The notes: generated from the letters alone by a model not told the origin. A stretch of DNA of 64,000 bases from Amoebidium appalachense (GCA_963693365.1 CAVNZM010000008.1:8250818-8314817), one strand, 5' to 3'. Positions 39,710 to 62,384 are shown, counted from the first letter of the stretch. Numbers and translations are program-made.

Positions 39710-40442
39710 CTTTCTAAATAATGAGACTATAATTATAATAACCACAAGCATGCCCTATCGACATGACAGTTGTAGATGATGGTATTGTATGTATTTTCAC
39801 GGTCCATGCACACTAACGGATTGTTCATGCACGGCAGCTCTGCATCTATGATACTTCAAAAAATCACTGGTGTCAAATTTATAGAGCCCAGAAAGAGGTT
39901 GAATAACCACCGGGTACATGTAGCTTAACTTTGGGATTATCAAAGGGGGGAGAAATGAACCAAAACCGGGTTTTAAAGGTCACAAACTAGTGGGTTTTAT
40001 ACGTTGAGGCAAAAAATGAGTAGCAATAAAGACCGTGAGATAACTGACAGAATGATATCCGATGACATGAGTCGCGGTTGTCAAATTTGCACCTGAATTG
40101 GCAACAGTATAGGTACACTCAAACCTCCCCCCACCCCCACTCCTCCCTCCCCCCTCCCCCCCTCCCCCCTCCCCCCCCCCCCTCCCCCCGCCCCCCCAGG
40201 GTCCCTGTCCCCGCGCCCCAACCCCCCTTTCCCCTCCCTCCCCTCCTCCCTCCCCTCCCCCCCTCCCCCCCCCCCTCCGCCCCCCTCCCCCCAACGGTGA
40301 CCCGCACCCCTCCTTCCCTGCCTCCACTTCATCTTAATGTAATGGCATATCTAAACTGCACCGTTGGCAACAGATAGAAACCCCTTGAACCCCCCCCCCC
40401 CCCCCCCCCCCCACCACCACCACCACCAAAACTTGTGACAAC

Positions 40443-40481
<39 letters not shown>

Positions 40482-41161
40482 AGCTACTTTAAACCATTGA
40501 CCGTCAGACAAATAAGCCAGGCTATAGCCTAGCTCTAATCCTTTTCCCTGTTGCTCCGGTTCTCGTTGTAATACATACTATGGAGGTTGGAAACACACTA
40601 GAAGCTTGGGTTAAAAACTGTAGCTACACAAAATTCACGCCATATCCATGTATGCAGATTTAACTAGCCCGGGCGGCGGTAGCATGAGACCACTGATCAA
40701 TTGTTCTCAAATCCATCTCGTGGCAGCCGTCACATTTCCCCTTGCCAATCTCCGATCCGAATTTTGCCTTCGATTTGTTGTTTTGACCACCACCCAAATC
40801 TTTTTTTGTATCAGCGGACATCTTGCCATTATTTGAAATTGTGCGCAGTATCGACAGAGCACTCACCGAACGTATGGAATTCACCGCCGGGCGGAAACTA
40901 AAATTTGCGGGGGGAGGGGGGGGGGGGGGGGGGGGGGGGGGCGGGTTATCATCGCCTTCATCATCTCTGAGCCGGTAAAAAACCATCGAACCTCACGTGA
41001 GGATGATATCAGGCTCGCGCACAATTCTTCTCCCATTATGATGCATCTTAAAATAATCCACCGTTCCATTCCATTTTTTGCATTTTCCACGCGTACGTCC
41101 GCGCTCTTCATAATCATTTCGGCTTCCTGTAGGCATTCTGGAGGGGAGGGGGGGAGGCGCA

Positions 41162-41196
<35 letters not shown>

Positions 41197-41266
41197 GAGG
41201 AGGGGGGGGGGGGGGTGGGGGGAGGGGGGGGGTTGGTGGGGAGGGGGAGGAAGAGGGGAATGAGGG

Positions 41267-41303
<37 letters not shown>

Positions 41304-41410
41304 ATAGCATAGGCATGGTTAGAAATTGCAGCAAGTCGAGTTTTTCTCTGCCCCGTGGCTGCAGTGGGCCAACTGCCTGAGTTTCTAAAAATACCCCTTC
41401 CACACTATTG

Positions 41411-41803
41411 TTAGCAACGCTTTGGTGGCCTGGCCTTCAAGTGTGGCCCTAAGTCACCCACCAGTCCCAGTTGCAGCCGCATATACCCTCCAAGCTGGCT
41501 GCCAATCTTAATCGCTGCGTTAGTAATGGCAGTGCGGTTTTGGTTGTGCTCGGGTATGGGGGGATGGACATTGATTTGGAAGTGAAGATTGGGTTTGTCC
41601 TGTTTTGGCGCATTGCCTTCAATGGACTGCTGCATTTCCATGTGGGAGACTGCCGTTACTGAGACCTATGTCCGTAGCATACTTGCAAAGCTGAGAACAT
41701 CTTCTTCTTTGGGTACTCAGTCTGGTGGTGTCGGAATGAACGAGTTTGTTTTTTTGGCTGGTAGATTCAATCACTCTTATCATTCCTCATGGTCTAAATG
41801 AGC
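41411..41803 (-). pseudogene. Stop-riddled exon-like segment of unknown family
   Basis: After gcgcag| one frame reads AHLDHEE**E*LNLPAKKTNSFIPTPPD*VPKEEDVLSFASMLRT*VSVTAVSHMEMQQSIEGN..PPKRC*. High complexity, coding-like composition. Confidence 0.35.
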
Positions 41804-41817
41804 CTGCGCGGGCGCGC

Positions 41818-41914
<97 letters not shown>

Positions 41915-42491
41915 GAGCTCTGTAATCCAATATGGCACTGAAAGCCAATGGACTCGACAGTAACTATCCGATGAATACGAATAGAACCAGGTCCTGGTAG
42001 CTGCTTGGTCTCTGACCTCGCGTAGTTGCTTGTCAGTGTCGTTACAGCCGGTGTGTGTCCCCCCCCCCCCCTTTCCCCGTTTTCTTTTCGGAATCCCTTG
42101 TAGTCAAACCTCCCTCCCCCCCTCCCCCCCCCCCCAAAAAAAAAAAAAGAAAAAAAAAAAACAATAAATAAATAAACTTGAATACACAGACACACAGCCG
42201 ACCAATCCGCCACGCTGCTGCTTTCAATGAACCCCATTACATGATGATGATGTAAAAATTAAAAGGGAGGGGAGGATAAGGGGGGGGGAGGGGGGGGGGG
42301 GGGGAGCACTGACTTTGGGGGCAGGGGGGGGGGGGGGGAGGGGGAGGAGGGGCGAGGGAGGTGGGGGTTGAGGCTAGGGGCTAGTACTGACTACGAGAGG
42401 GGGAGGGAGGCGGGGGAGGGGGGTGTGTAGATTCAACAAACTTTGAGGGTACAGTGCCCACAAGGTGTGTGGATGTTGACGTTTAAAGCCT

Positions 42492-42526
<35 letters not shown>

Positions 42527-42645
42527 AGGGGAATATTCACAATCTGCGTGGGGTTGCATTGAGTTCTCCCACGAAACGAAGTAGTGTACCCCTTCCCTCC
42601 CCCCACCTCCCCCCTTCCCTTCCCCCCCCCCCCCCCCCCCCCCCC

Positions 42646-42681
<36 letters not shown>

Positions 42682-43236
42682 CCCCCCCTGCCCGCCCTCA
42701 CACACACGCACACCTCGAATCCCCGTTAATAAGACCACTCTTATTTGCAATACCTACACCATCACACACCCACACGGGACACACATATTTAAGGGTTTGC
42801 CCGCCCCCTATCCGTCCTCCCTCCTCCCCCCCACCGGTACCCCTGCCCTCCCCCAGATATTGATAAGGGCGCCGACTTCTCCCACTTTCGAATTCGTGGC
42901 CGTGTGAACCCACCAATCAAATGGTCACTTTTATGAGATCGTTTGATGGATGCCGTGAGTGTGCACATTTGTCAACATGTACATATTGTACGATTATAGA
43001 TACCTGCTAACTGCCACAACGAAAAGTACACGCGTGCATGCATCCAGTTCGCCAATTTTCACCCATCTCATGCCATTCTCTTCCTGGACCCACACGCTCT
43101 AGAAATTTGCGGCAGAATTTGGCAAGCGGATTTGATTCTCAAGGTCTCCCACCCAACTTTGAACTCAAGAGATCTATCTGATACCCCCATATGCTCGTCT
43201 AAACGTTAACGGTGCCCACTGTGTGCATGTGTGTGT

Positions 43237-43355
<119 letters not shown>

Positions 43356-43393
43356 TGCGTGCGTGCGTGCGTGCGAGCGTGTGTGTGTGTGTA

Positions 43394-44637
43394 TCTCCCG
43401 GGGCCGGATCCGGAAGACGTCAAAACACGTCCTCTAGACCAATATTTGAGGTTTTCTTATTTTTCGATCGCGTTCTTGCTAAGAGACCCCCACAAGTAGG
43501 GTGTCACTATAAAGCCTATAATATTTATTACAACTTGTTATAAAACGCGAACCGCGGTTTACTAATGAAAAAGCGGTTTTAGAGCTGCTTAAAAGTGCTC
43601 GGTAGTGATTTCTAGAAGACATGTTTTGCGGTCTTCTAGACTTAGAATTTGGCACTCTATCAGATCGATCGATTTTATCATACTTATGTAAGCTTAGCGC
43701 TGTGGCCGCTGCGGCCTGTCGAGTCGACTGTAACTGCGCTTCCTCGCTTCTCTGTTCGAAGCGCTGCTGCCAGAACCCTTCGCGAATGGTTCTAATAAAC
43801 TTGTATAGGACACGGGTGTGACACTCAACTGGCTTTTTTATTCATTGCACACAAGAGTGGCGTGGCATGTAAACATGTAATGGGGGCCCGGGGCAGCGAC
43901 TAGTACTGTTGAAAGATCTAAGCCTGGTTACCCCCCAGCAACACACAGTGACTTCGAAAGTTGCAATGAAACCACAGCATCTGCGAGACTCCTGTTACCT
44001 CACGTGCACGCAGGCCTAACACACGTAGTGGCTGGCTGAGCTTGTTTGTAAACAACATCAGCTCGCTCATGTGCAGACTACTGTGGAAGATCTGAGGGGG
44101 GAGCAGTTGACCTTACAAACAGCCTTTCTGTGCATGGTACACAATCAATGTGTTTTTCTATGCTATAGAGCTTCAAACACAAGCTCCGTTGTGTACAGTG
44201 GACAGCTTTCACGGTGCTTTAGAGCACTTTGAGCCAGGAAAAAAAGCCTGGGGGGCTGGTGAAGGGAGCAAGGGAGCGAGCGAAAAGAGAAGGCTTCTCG
44301 GAGCCACATTCCACACTCATCACCAACATTCAAAAGTGTAGGGGCCAGGATAACACGGAAAAGGCTCTCGCACACAAGGAAGGCTTTTTTTGTTTGAGAA
44401 AAAGTAGGGAGAAAGAGTGCAAAGCGCAAGCAAAGTTGGCAGAAAAGTCCCGGGCAAAAAGCGCTAGGCCCGGCCTGGGCCAGCCACCGCCAGCGGCGGA
44501 ATCGATCGATCGATCGTATTAGAGAAATTAGAAAAATTAGAAAAAAGTATTCAATAAAAATTAGAAGACGTCAAAACACGTCTTAAGGGGATCTAAATAT
44601 GTAGGCCGCGATCGATTTCCTCCCGGCCCAGGGAAGA
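43394..44637. mobile_element. ~1.24-kb TIR DNA transposon derivative inserted in a (TG)n microsatellite
   Basis: Left TA|TCTCCCGGGGCCGGA and right TCCCGGCCCAGGGAAGA|TA form imperfect inverted repeats. Subterminal GAAGACGTCAAAACACGTC at both 43413 and 44564. TG repeats flank both ends. Confidence 0.75.
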
Positions 44638-44757
44638 TAGTGTGTGTGTGTGGGTAGTGTGTGTCAGTGTGTGTGTGTGTGTGCGTGTGTGCGCGCCTTA
44701 CTGTGTGTGTGTGTGTGTCCGGGGTGGGTGGGTGGGCGGTGGGTGTGGGTGTTGTTG

Positions 44758-44998
44758 AGGGCCCGGCAACTACATCAGCAGAGTCGACTTGCAAAAGCAG
44801 AATTTTTCTGTAAAAGGCGGAATTATTCTGCAAATTTAAACGGGAGTTATTCTGCAAGAAGCAGAATTATTCTGCAAAAGTAGAATTATTCTGGAAAAAG
44901 CAAATATATTCTGCAAAAGCAGACAGCAGAATAATTTTGCTTTTTTGCAGAATAATTCTGCTCGGTGCAAGTTGACTCAGCCAATGTGGTTGGGCCCT
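44758..44998. mobile_element. MITE (~240 bp) with ~35-bp imperfect TIRs and 6-bp flanking direct repeat
   Basis: AGGGCCCggCAACTACATCAGCAGAGTCGACTTGCA ... TGCAAGTTGACTCAGCCAATGTGGTTGGGCCCT. TTGTTG at 44752-44757 and 44999-45004. Internal tandem GCAAAAGCAGAATTATTCT units. Confidence 0.8.
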
Positions 44999-45024
44999 TT
45001 GTTGGTGTGTGTGTGTGTGTGTGT

Positions 45025-45114
<90 letters not shown>

Positions 45115-46053
45115 TGTGTGTGTGCCACGTGTGTGTGTGCACGTTGGTGAGGGCCTGAAGGGGGGGCCCGGGGGGGGGGGGGGGGGAGGGGGGGAGAAGC
45201 TGGAAAGGGGGGGGGGGGGGGAGGGAGGGGGAGGGGCAGAGGAGGCAAGACACCCACCAATCCAGACACATAGAGCTCTCTACCCCTCTGGTGCTACAAC
45301 ATTCCACTCGTCGGTGTTTCCTATGTAGTATACATATCCGGCCACAGATGCTATTCAGTAATGATTCCCAGATATTCTTTAGAAATGACATCTCAAGCAT
45401 ATTATCATGCCCGAGTAGGTAAAAAGCACACGCTGTTACTGTTGTGGGCTTATAATAACGTCACGTGCTAGATCGCGATTGATAGTTTCGATATATATAT
45501 CAAACGGCAAGGCTTCAGGACAAATAGAAATCCTGGATCGAATCATCCTCGTTCGTGTCCAAAAATGGCAGATACAGAGGTCCGCCTTTCTATGAGGTCG
45601 CCGTCTCTGTTGGCATTTGCGGTGTTAATTCAAAAAGCCGTGTTGGCGCCGGAAACTTAGTCTATTTGAAACTTTTGGCAATGATTTGGGTTGCCTTTAT
45701 ATGGTTCGATCTCCTTTTTTAGGCTGAGATAGAAGTCACCATATGGACAATATCTGGATGAGTGCTGAAATAAAGCCGTTAACGTCGATGTCGGCATTTC
45801 TCGGCAGAACGCTTCAACGGTTCTTGTATGAGGACATTTTTACTTCATATGGACGTCAGCCGGTTCAAAGTTATGCAATCCGGCAAATGCATGGTGTCAT
45901 TGCCTTTTTGAGAAACTGTGAGAATGCCAAATATATAAATCCTATGGAAATGGCGGTGTAGAGGTCAATGAGAAACAAAGGTGGGTATGTGGTATAAACT
46001 GTTAGATCCCAGCAGTAAGTTTGAATCGCTCAAGACTCATCATATTGTGGGAA

Positions 46054-46204
<151 letters not shown>

Positions 46205-46297
46205 TGCATGTATGTATGTGTGTGTGTGTGTATCTGTGTTGTGTGTATGTCATCGTGTGTGTCACGGTGTGTGTGTGTGCGCGCGCGCACGTATGAC

Positions 46298-46365
<68 letters not shown>

Positions 46366-46925
46366 TGTACGTGTACGTGTGTGTGTGTGTGTGTTTCTAT
46401 GTACGTGTGCATGACATGACTGTGCTGAGTCATGCCAAGCTGCCGGCAGACAACCACTTCCAATCATCTTAGGGGACGCTGTTCGCACGTGTTGCTGCCA
46501 TAATTTAGATGGGAGTCTACATATCAGCATTATAATCCTTTTTTGGTGGGGGAATGAAAAGAGGTGGGGCCGTTGGGGGGGGGAGGGGGGAGGATCCGGA
46601 CGGGGCCCGAGGGGGGGGGGGGGGGGAGTGGGGGTGGAGGAAGAAGACACTGTGTGGGTTATCACTAGTGTAGGTTTAGCAATGCATGATCACTTCCTTT
46701 GAGGGTGCTCGTGTCTTTGTGTGCAGATGTGTGCGCCGCAAAATAGGCCACAAACACAAAAATGCAACCGCAATTGCATGCGAGAAGGGGAGAGGTGATT
46801 AGTGCGGGGTCACGTCCTGAAAGTCTGTGTTATACTTACTCATGAGAGTTCGCCATAAGAGTTTAGTCAGATCAAATGCAGATTGCGAGTTGGGCATGGG
46901 TGATTGAATAAATGTAGATGGAAAG

Positions 46926-46971
<46 letters not shown>

Positions 46972-46984
46972 ACACACATACGGT

Positions 46985-47059
<75 letters not shown>

Positions 47060-47638
47060 CCACCATCACCGACCACAGCCTAAGACCACCCGGTCCAACA
47101 CACACAAACAGCCATACACGCACATGCGCGCGCACGTGCATGCGTGTAAAGACAGAACCCAGAAGCTCATGCATTAACACACACACACACACACACCCAA
47201 GGAGGAAGAGAAGTTGAGAGACATGCACATGCACAGGCATGCATACAGACATCTGTGTCCGCGCGCGTGCACACAGACACACACACAGACACATACACAC
47301 ACACAGACACAAAAAATGGCAAAAAAAGGAAAAAGAAAAAAATTCACTGAGTTAACCCACACTCTAATTGCAATCAAACAAACCCTCTCCCTCCCCTTCC
47401 CCCCGATCCTCCCGCCCCCGCTTCCTCCCCCTCCCCCCCCCTCCCCCCCCCCCCCCCCCCCCCCCCTTTTTCTTTCCCCCATGAAAAAAATGTTAGCAGT
47501 TCTGCAGGGAGGGGCTAGGTGGCACGTGTGGGGGTCTTGCGTGCCATGGTATACGGGTGGAGGGGGTGGGGTGGGGGGGGGGGGGGGGGGGGGGGATGGA
47601 GCCAAGCGCATGTAGACTTTCATATGTCTGTGTATGTC

Positions 47639-47680
<42 letters not shown>

Positions 47681-48182
47681 GATGGTAGTCGGTGGTGGTT
47701 GGCGGGAAGGGCGGGGGAAGGAGAGAGGTGGGGCGGGTTGGTTGGGGGGGGGGGAGCAGGGATCCCTCGAGGTAGGTCGAGGGGTTAAAGGAACTTATGA
47801 TTAATAAAAAGACTTGGAGTGGGAAAGGAAGCGGCAACCAATATTCAGAGTAGGCGAGGAAAGAGGGTCGAGCGGGCACAGTTTGAGGAGATCGGGGCGC
47901 CGGGGAGGGGGAGGGCGGAGGCCCCCCGGGGGGAGGGGGGGGGGGGGGGGGGGAGGTAAGAGGGGGTTAGGGGAGGGGGATGGAGGAGGGTTAAAAGGGA
48001 TGGCTTGTGGGGAACTCGGAGGGGGACGGGGGGAGGGGTGAGGGGGGCAGATGGGAGGGAATGGACTAGGATCAAAAGAGAAAAAAAGGGTGACATGTCG
48101 GGTGGGTGATGGCGGGACACTTGGAGAGGGCTTTGGGAATTGGGGAGGTAGGTGGGTTGTTGGGGAAGGAGGGGGGGGGGGG

Positions 48183-48236
<54 letters not shown>

Positions 48237-48467
48237 CCTTCACCGGGTTGACTGTGCGATAGTGCTATGTCTATTGCATGTGGCAGTTGAGGTAGGGAAT
48301 ATTATCAGTGCTACTGTCACGTGCGTGACTCAGAGTGAGTTTGTTCTTATTCGGAATATGATTCAAGGGTGGGGTGGGGGGATGAATGGTGTTTATGTTT
48401 GTTTAGGAGGGTGCGAAAACCCTTGGGAAGGCCGGAGGGAGGGGCCCAGGGGGTGGGGTGGGTGGGT

Positions 48468-48516
<49 letters not shown>

Positions 48517-48961
48517 TCTCCCTGTCATGCCTTAGTAAACAACTCCGCTGATGATCCTGGCAACAAGGCGATGAAGTCTGCCCAGCTCCCCCCTCCCTCC
48601 CTCCCTCGTCCTCCGCTCCCCAACTCCCCATCCAACCACTCACACCCGTCCCCACCCTCTTCCTCCCCTTCCCTCCCCTCTTTCTCCCCTCCGGATCCCT
48701 ACCCAAACCCACAAATACACACGAACACAAAATACTGTAAAGAGTTCACGACCTGAATCTTTCGTTGTCGCAATCTGCTTCCCATAAAACAAACCAATGA
48801 CATTTCACTTTGGCATAAAGCATCCGGAAATCGTCGTATAAACCAGATTTCTTCTATTCGTCAATAATCCTTTTTAAAAAGCCATATATGGTGAAAAACC
48901 GGGTTTACACGTTTCTATTCGTATAATGTCATTTAACAATTGTACTTATTATGTAGAATGT

Positions 48962-48970
48962 AGCCAATCG
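48962..48970 (+). promoter_or_regulatory. Candidate CCAAT box upstream of the fasciclin gene
   Basis: AGCCAATCG about 220 bp upstream of ATG 49186 in AT-rich, repeat-free DNA; motif match only. Confidence 0.3.
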
Positions 48971-49185
48971 GAAATCGAGAATTTAGGCCTGTGTACACCT
49001 GTCACAGTGTCACTCGAACGTTACACTGCACCGTGCACAATACGTTACGGAATACAAACACACCGATACAACACAAAGAGTACCGTAGAATAGCGAAGAA
49101 AAACAGAGTTGTTATATACTTTATACTCTACTACACCACTGTGCTTTTTTGTTAACCTATACGATCTAAAAAAGACATCGAAAAA

Positions 49186-56874
<7,689 letters not shown>

Positions 56875-57720
56875 TCGGACTCCGATTACTTTGGCCTGCG
56901 ATCTGGCGACAGCGTAATTTAAGCTTGCGCGTGTGTGTGTGTGTCTGAAGCTATATCGATGTTATTGGCTATTGCCTATTTTGGGGGGATGTTTTAATGG
57001 CCATGCTGCCTACATAAAATAGTCATCTGGTCGGATCTTTTTTGAGATCGCGATCGTGTGATGATTGTTGAGCGTTTTGCATTTCGGAGAGTTCGAAGGT
57101 TAGCGGCCATGTCGACACGTAAATATTCAAGTCATCGGGACTAGAACCGTGCTCCAAAAGAAAACGTTTAAAGGATGACATCATCCCCTTTTAGCAGGGT
57201 ATAAAAAGTTGGCGAATGGCAACAAAAAGCCCGTTTTTTTTTCTGGCCGTTATTTTTTTTTTTGTTTTTTTCGCGCCCTCATTTAAACTGGTGTTATAAG
57301 CGGGTTGTATCTGCGTGGATGCCACTAAATATTAATAAAAATAGCAAGATCTGAATGACCAATAAATATTGGGGGGCGAGGGGGGCAGGGTTTCCTTTTC
57401 TTTTTTTTTTCCTTGACTATAATGTACACATTAGCATACGTATAAGGTACATACGCCGAGGAGCGAAACCGCTGTTCCTCGCACCTGATTCGCTGCCACG
57501 GTTGGTTTGCTTCACGCCGGGTATATGTGACGCAGACATAAATAAATATATAGGCAGATGGCCCTTCATCGGTACTAAGTTCATTTCCGGTTGGAGTAAG
57601 TGCACATGAATTTGCCTGCGAACCAAGCTGATGTGCAGAAAGTGTGCCATGTATCCAAAACATAGCCGGAAAATGTGCTCGGAACCCCCCCCTCCCCCCC
57701 AAAAAAAACACGCACACGCA

Positions 57721-57764
<44 letters not shown>

Positions 57765-57799
57765 TGTACACACACCACCCCAAAAACACGCACACGCAG

Positions 57800-57841
<42 letters not shown>

Positions 57842-58075
57842 CAACCAACCCCATCCCCTACTTTTCCCTGACCCCCTAACTCCCTACCCTATATGGTTTT
57901 CAGTATAATGCACATGGTGTATGTATGGTTTAGGTTGTGCATGTATGGGTTTGTACCCTATTGTGTGCGCGCCCACAGAACTGATGGTTGGGCTAGGACA
58001 AGGTCTGGGTAAGGGGGCAGGGGGAGGGCCCTGAGAACCTCTGGAGGGGGATCGGGAGGAGGAAGGTCAGGAGGG

Positions 58076-58106
<31 letters not shown>

Positions 58107-59538
58107 AAGGACTGAGGGAGGGTGGGGGAAGGTGCGCACGTGGGGTGGATGGGTGGGTGTGTAGGGCAGATCAGTCTTCATTGAAAGAAGGGGGAATTGT
58201 GAGGGGTGGGGGGCGGGGTGGAGGGAGTGATGGGGGTGGGGGGGGGGGGGGGGGGGCCGGGGGGGGATGACATGGAGACGCGCAAAATTTGCATATGGCA
58301 CCCAATGGCCTGATCACGACATTCGAGCTAATCACAGATCGAGAACCTGGCAAGACACTGGTTATCACTCCGTGATGATCGTCTAAACCATACCCCTTGA
58401 AAATCCCCATCCCCCCCCCCCCCCCCCCCCCCCCCCTCTCCCCGGGGCCTCCCCCTTCAAACCCTCCACCCCAACCCCCATCCCTCACTATTTCCCCGCC
58501 TCTCAATAAAGACTGATTTGTATCGTCACGGTGTGGCTAATACTTTTGGGGTGGCACCCGGGCTATATATCGTTCGTTTTTATGCATATGGCGAACGCTC
58601 ATTACATGTACATGCTCATGATGATGCCCGGCATATAAAATCATGATTACAGGGGGTTTCTTTTAGCTTTTCGGGCCGGGTCGGGTCAGAGGGGTTTCTA
58701 GCTATATGATTGGCGTGCTGCGCATCAGTTGCGCACCATCGTTTGGCCGGCAGCAAGGTACCGATGCGCCACAATACAACAAAAAAGAAAAAGAAAAGGC
58801 AAAAAAAAAGAAATACAGAATGAAATAATAATAATAAAGCGTTCGAAAGAAAATTGCAGTTCATATCATGATTTATATGCTGAACAAATGGCATGACCCG
58901 GATGTGCTGGAATGGGGACAGTTAATCGGCCTAGAAGAAACCCCCTTTAAATGGAGGCTAGTAGTACAAGATACAAGCATAGACAATTCCATTCGATGTT
59001 GGTAATGTTTCTATGTCGTGTCTCTGTTACATTGCAGTCATTCCTCAGTGTTGTAATGTGGTTAACGGGGAAAGAGGTACCTAATAGCCTTGTTCCTACG
59101 TGTGGTATGATTGGTAACAGGTTATGTAAATAACAAATATACACACGTGTTCACGTTCGGATACAAATTAAAACTAACCTGTTGACAGTCAATATTCATT
59201 AAATTTTCCAATGCCATGTCAGGATAATATAAAGCACTCAGTGTTTGTACTTAGTAAATCTAATTCTGAAACTCAGTAGTAGCTAACTTACTTGATTTAC
59301 GTGACTAGTACACTCTGGTCCAACAACACTTTAAGGCCTCAGTAACCGATGTGGCATCCTAACAAAGTCACTTAGACTGCTCGATCTATCCCCTTCCCCC
59401 CCCCCCCCCCCCCCCCCCTCCCCCCCCCCCTCCCTCCCTTCCCCCATCCACCCCCGCCCCCATCTGTGCCGTCTGCTCTCTTCAGTCTCCAGCCCGGCCT
59501 CCAAAAAGCACTCACCCGACTCCTCTTAAACTAATGCG

Positions 59539-59569
<31 letters not shown>

Positions 59570-59762
59570 CCCCCCCCCCCCCCCCTTCCCCTCCAGCCCC
59601 CTCTTCCCTCCCCCCCACTCCCCCCCTCACCCCATCCTGCCCCAGCACACACATGTAGCACCACACTCACCATAATAACCCCCCCCCCCCCCCCCCCCCC
59701 CCCCTTCCCTCCCTTCCTCCCTCCCCTTGCATACATGCATGACATAAAACATCCAGTATATA

Positions 59763-60119
59763 TCACCGCTCGAGGGGGGTAAAGTCATAGACCAGATGCT
59801 GTGGGTGTTTGTCTTTAGAGTCTAGCCTCTTTGCCCACTCGTGATAGTATGCAGGAAGTTCTTTCGTTTTCAACTCACCGGGAAAATGGATCCCAAAGTA
59901 GCGGTCACTGTTGAGTAGATCGACGGGGCCCTTTTCGCACCCGTCCATGTGGTAGGTCATGAAGTCTCGCGGCGCCAAGTTCTGTCGTTTCGTGGAAGTT
60001 GAAATTTTAATTGGTACTTGAAATCATAACTTGGAGTGCGACAAGTACTTACTAACCATTATCGAACCACAACAGAGTTCTCCACAATTATATTTCAATT
60101 TGAACACGTAAAGCAATCG

Positions 60120-60168
<49 letters not shown>

Positions 60169-60405
60169 AAATCCGCATTCTCTCCCCAATGGCGTTCCCC
60201 TCCCCCTCCCCCCCCCCCCCCCCCCCCCCTTGCAATACCTCCCCCCCCCAAAAAAACACCCACCCACCCACACGTGCACATACATCCCACCACTTGGTAG
60301 CCTCTACCCCTTCACTCTCACTCCCAAACCGAGACCACATCCTACTCAACAGCACCAACACATCTTCCCACACATTCTTCTTGTTTCCCCCCTCCCCCTC
60401 CCCCC

Positions 60406-60438
<33 letters not shown>

Positions 60439-61611
60439 AGCCACGCAAACACACACACACACACACACAAAACGTCTCCATCTCTCTCTCCTTTCCGTAC
60501 ACGCATAACACCCCCCCCCCCCTTCCCACACCCACACACCCGCAAGACACACAGACACAACACCAGAACATCACTCGTACCTTAATCTCACGGCTAGTGT
60601 GACCATTGCATCAACAAACATTAACTCTCTTTCCATCTCCTCCCCCCTTCCTACGTGCCTCAGGTATCCTTGCACCACGCACGCGCCCCAAAGCAACACT
60701 CCCGTGCTTCCATGGGCATTTTCTCTTCCCCTCCCCTCCTCCTGCCCCCCTTTCCCCCCCCCCCCCCCCCCCCTCCCCCCCCCCCAACCCCCCCCCTCTT
60801 TTTTTCCTTTTTCCCCCCAGCCCCGTCCCCTACCACAGCTACCCACAACAACCAAACCACACACAAAACAGCACACTGCCACGACCTAACTTCTAAGGCC
60901 TTGTCTGGTGCATCTATGGGATTCAGGCCAAAGAGTTGCTGCAGCGTGGTGGGGCGAGTGGGTATATATATATATTGGGGGAAGGGGCGCAGGGGGGGGG
61001 GGGGGAGGGGGGGGAGGGGGGGGGGGGGGGGGGGGGGAGGGGGGGAGGGGGGGGGGGGGGGGAGGGGGGGGGGGGGGGTTTGCTGCAAAAAAGACGTTCT
61101 CATGCGGTTATACACACCTGAACGTATTGGTGGTATTTTCCACCACGCATTGTCAAACGCTCAAATGCATCTTGGTCGGTATTGAGTCTCAACTTATACT
61201 CCTCATACAACCCCTCCCAAGCGGTCAAAACCCCCCTCGAAATTTCGCTGTTGCGCAAAAGCATGGTCCCGGACATCACCTTGTCCAGAGTACTCTCCGG
61301 TAGGCACTCACGGGATGCGATGATGTGTTTTTCCGGCCCAGCCAGACTCACAATTTCTTCGAGTTTTTTTGTTGTGTTCAGAAAGAGAAAGTCGATGTCC
61401 GTGTAGAAGACCCAATCGAAGCCCAGGTCGAGATAGTACTTGAGCGTTTCCAGTTTGACCCAGTAGAACTGTGGATGGGGCAGAAAAATCGGTAAGTAAC
61501 CCGTGGAGTTAGTTGGCAACTGAGATGCATAAGATCATGAAATGGCCAGTCATCTATAGTCTACGTACACGGAACGTTAACGTTGACATTCGTGTTGGTT
61601 GATCTTACATG

Positions 61612-61680
<69 letters not shown>

Positions 61681-61858
61681 TGTGTGTGTACGGTGTGTGT
61701 GTGTGCTTGCGCATCACAGTTTTTCTCTCTGTGTGTATCAGGTTGTACACACATGGGTGTTTGTGTGCGTGGCTGGGTAGTTGTACACACAAGTGGGTGT
61801 GCGTATGTGTGTGTGTGTGTGTGTGTTCTGTGTACCGTAACGTGTGAATGAGATTTTT

Positions 61859-61939
<81 letters not shown>

Positions 61940-62196
61940 ACGCGCGTTCCTCTCTCTCTATCCGATCCGAAGATCTGTTTGTGTGTGGATGGTGGGGGGG
62001 GGGGGGGGGGTGGAGGAGGAGAGGGCGGCGGAGGGGGAGGGGGGGGGGGAGGGGACTGAAAACGCATGAGGGGGATGCGGTGTGGCGTGCAGCAAAGTTC
62101 ACAGATTCCCTTCTCCCCCTCCCCCCCCCCCCCCCTCCCCCTTTTCCTTTTCTTTCTTTCTTTCCTTTTTTTGTGGTCGTGTGTGTGTGTGGGGTG

Positions 62197-62236
<40 letters not shown>

Positions 62237-62304
62237 CTGGGCCATGCTGCACGATACTGCTCTTTATTTCCCAACCCCCCCCAACCCTCACCCTCCCTCC
62301 CCAA

Positions 62305-62384
<80 letters not shown>

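Noticed and set aside
60892-60940. Extra GT34 exon (QLFGLNPIDAPDKALE)
   Set aside because: The direct 61118>59981 junction gives normal GT34 spacing; no support for inclusion.
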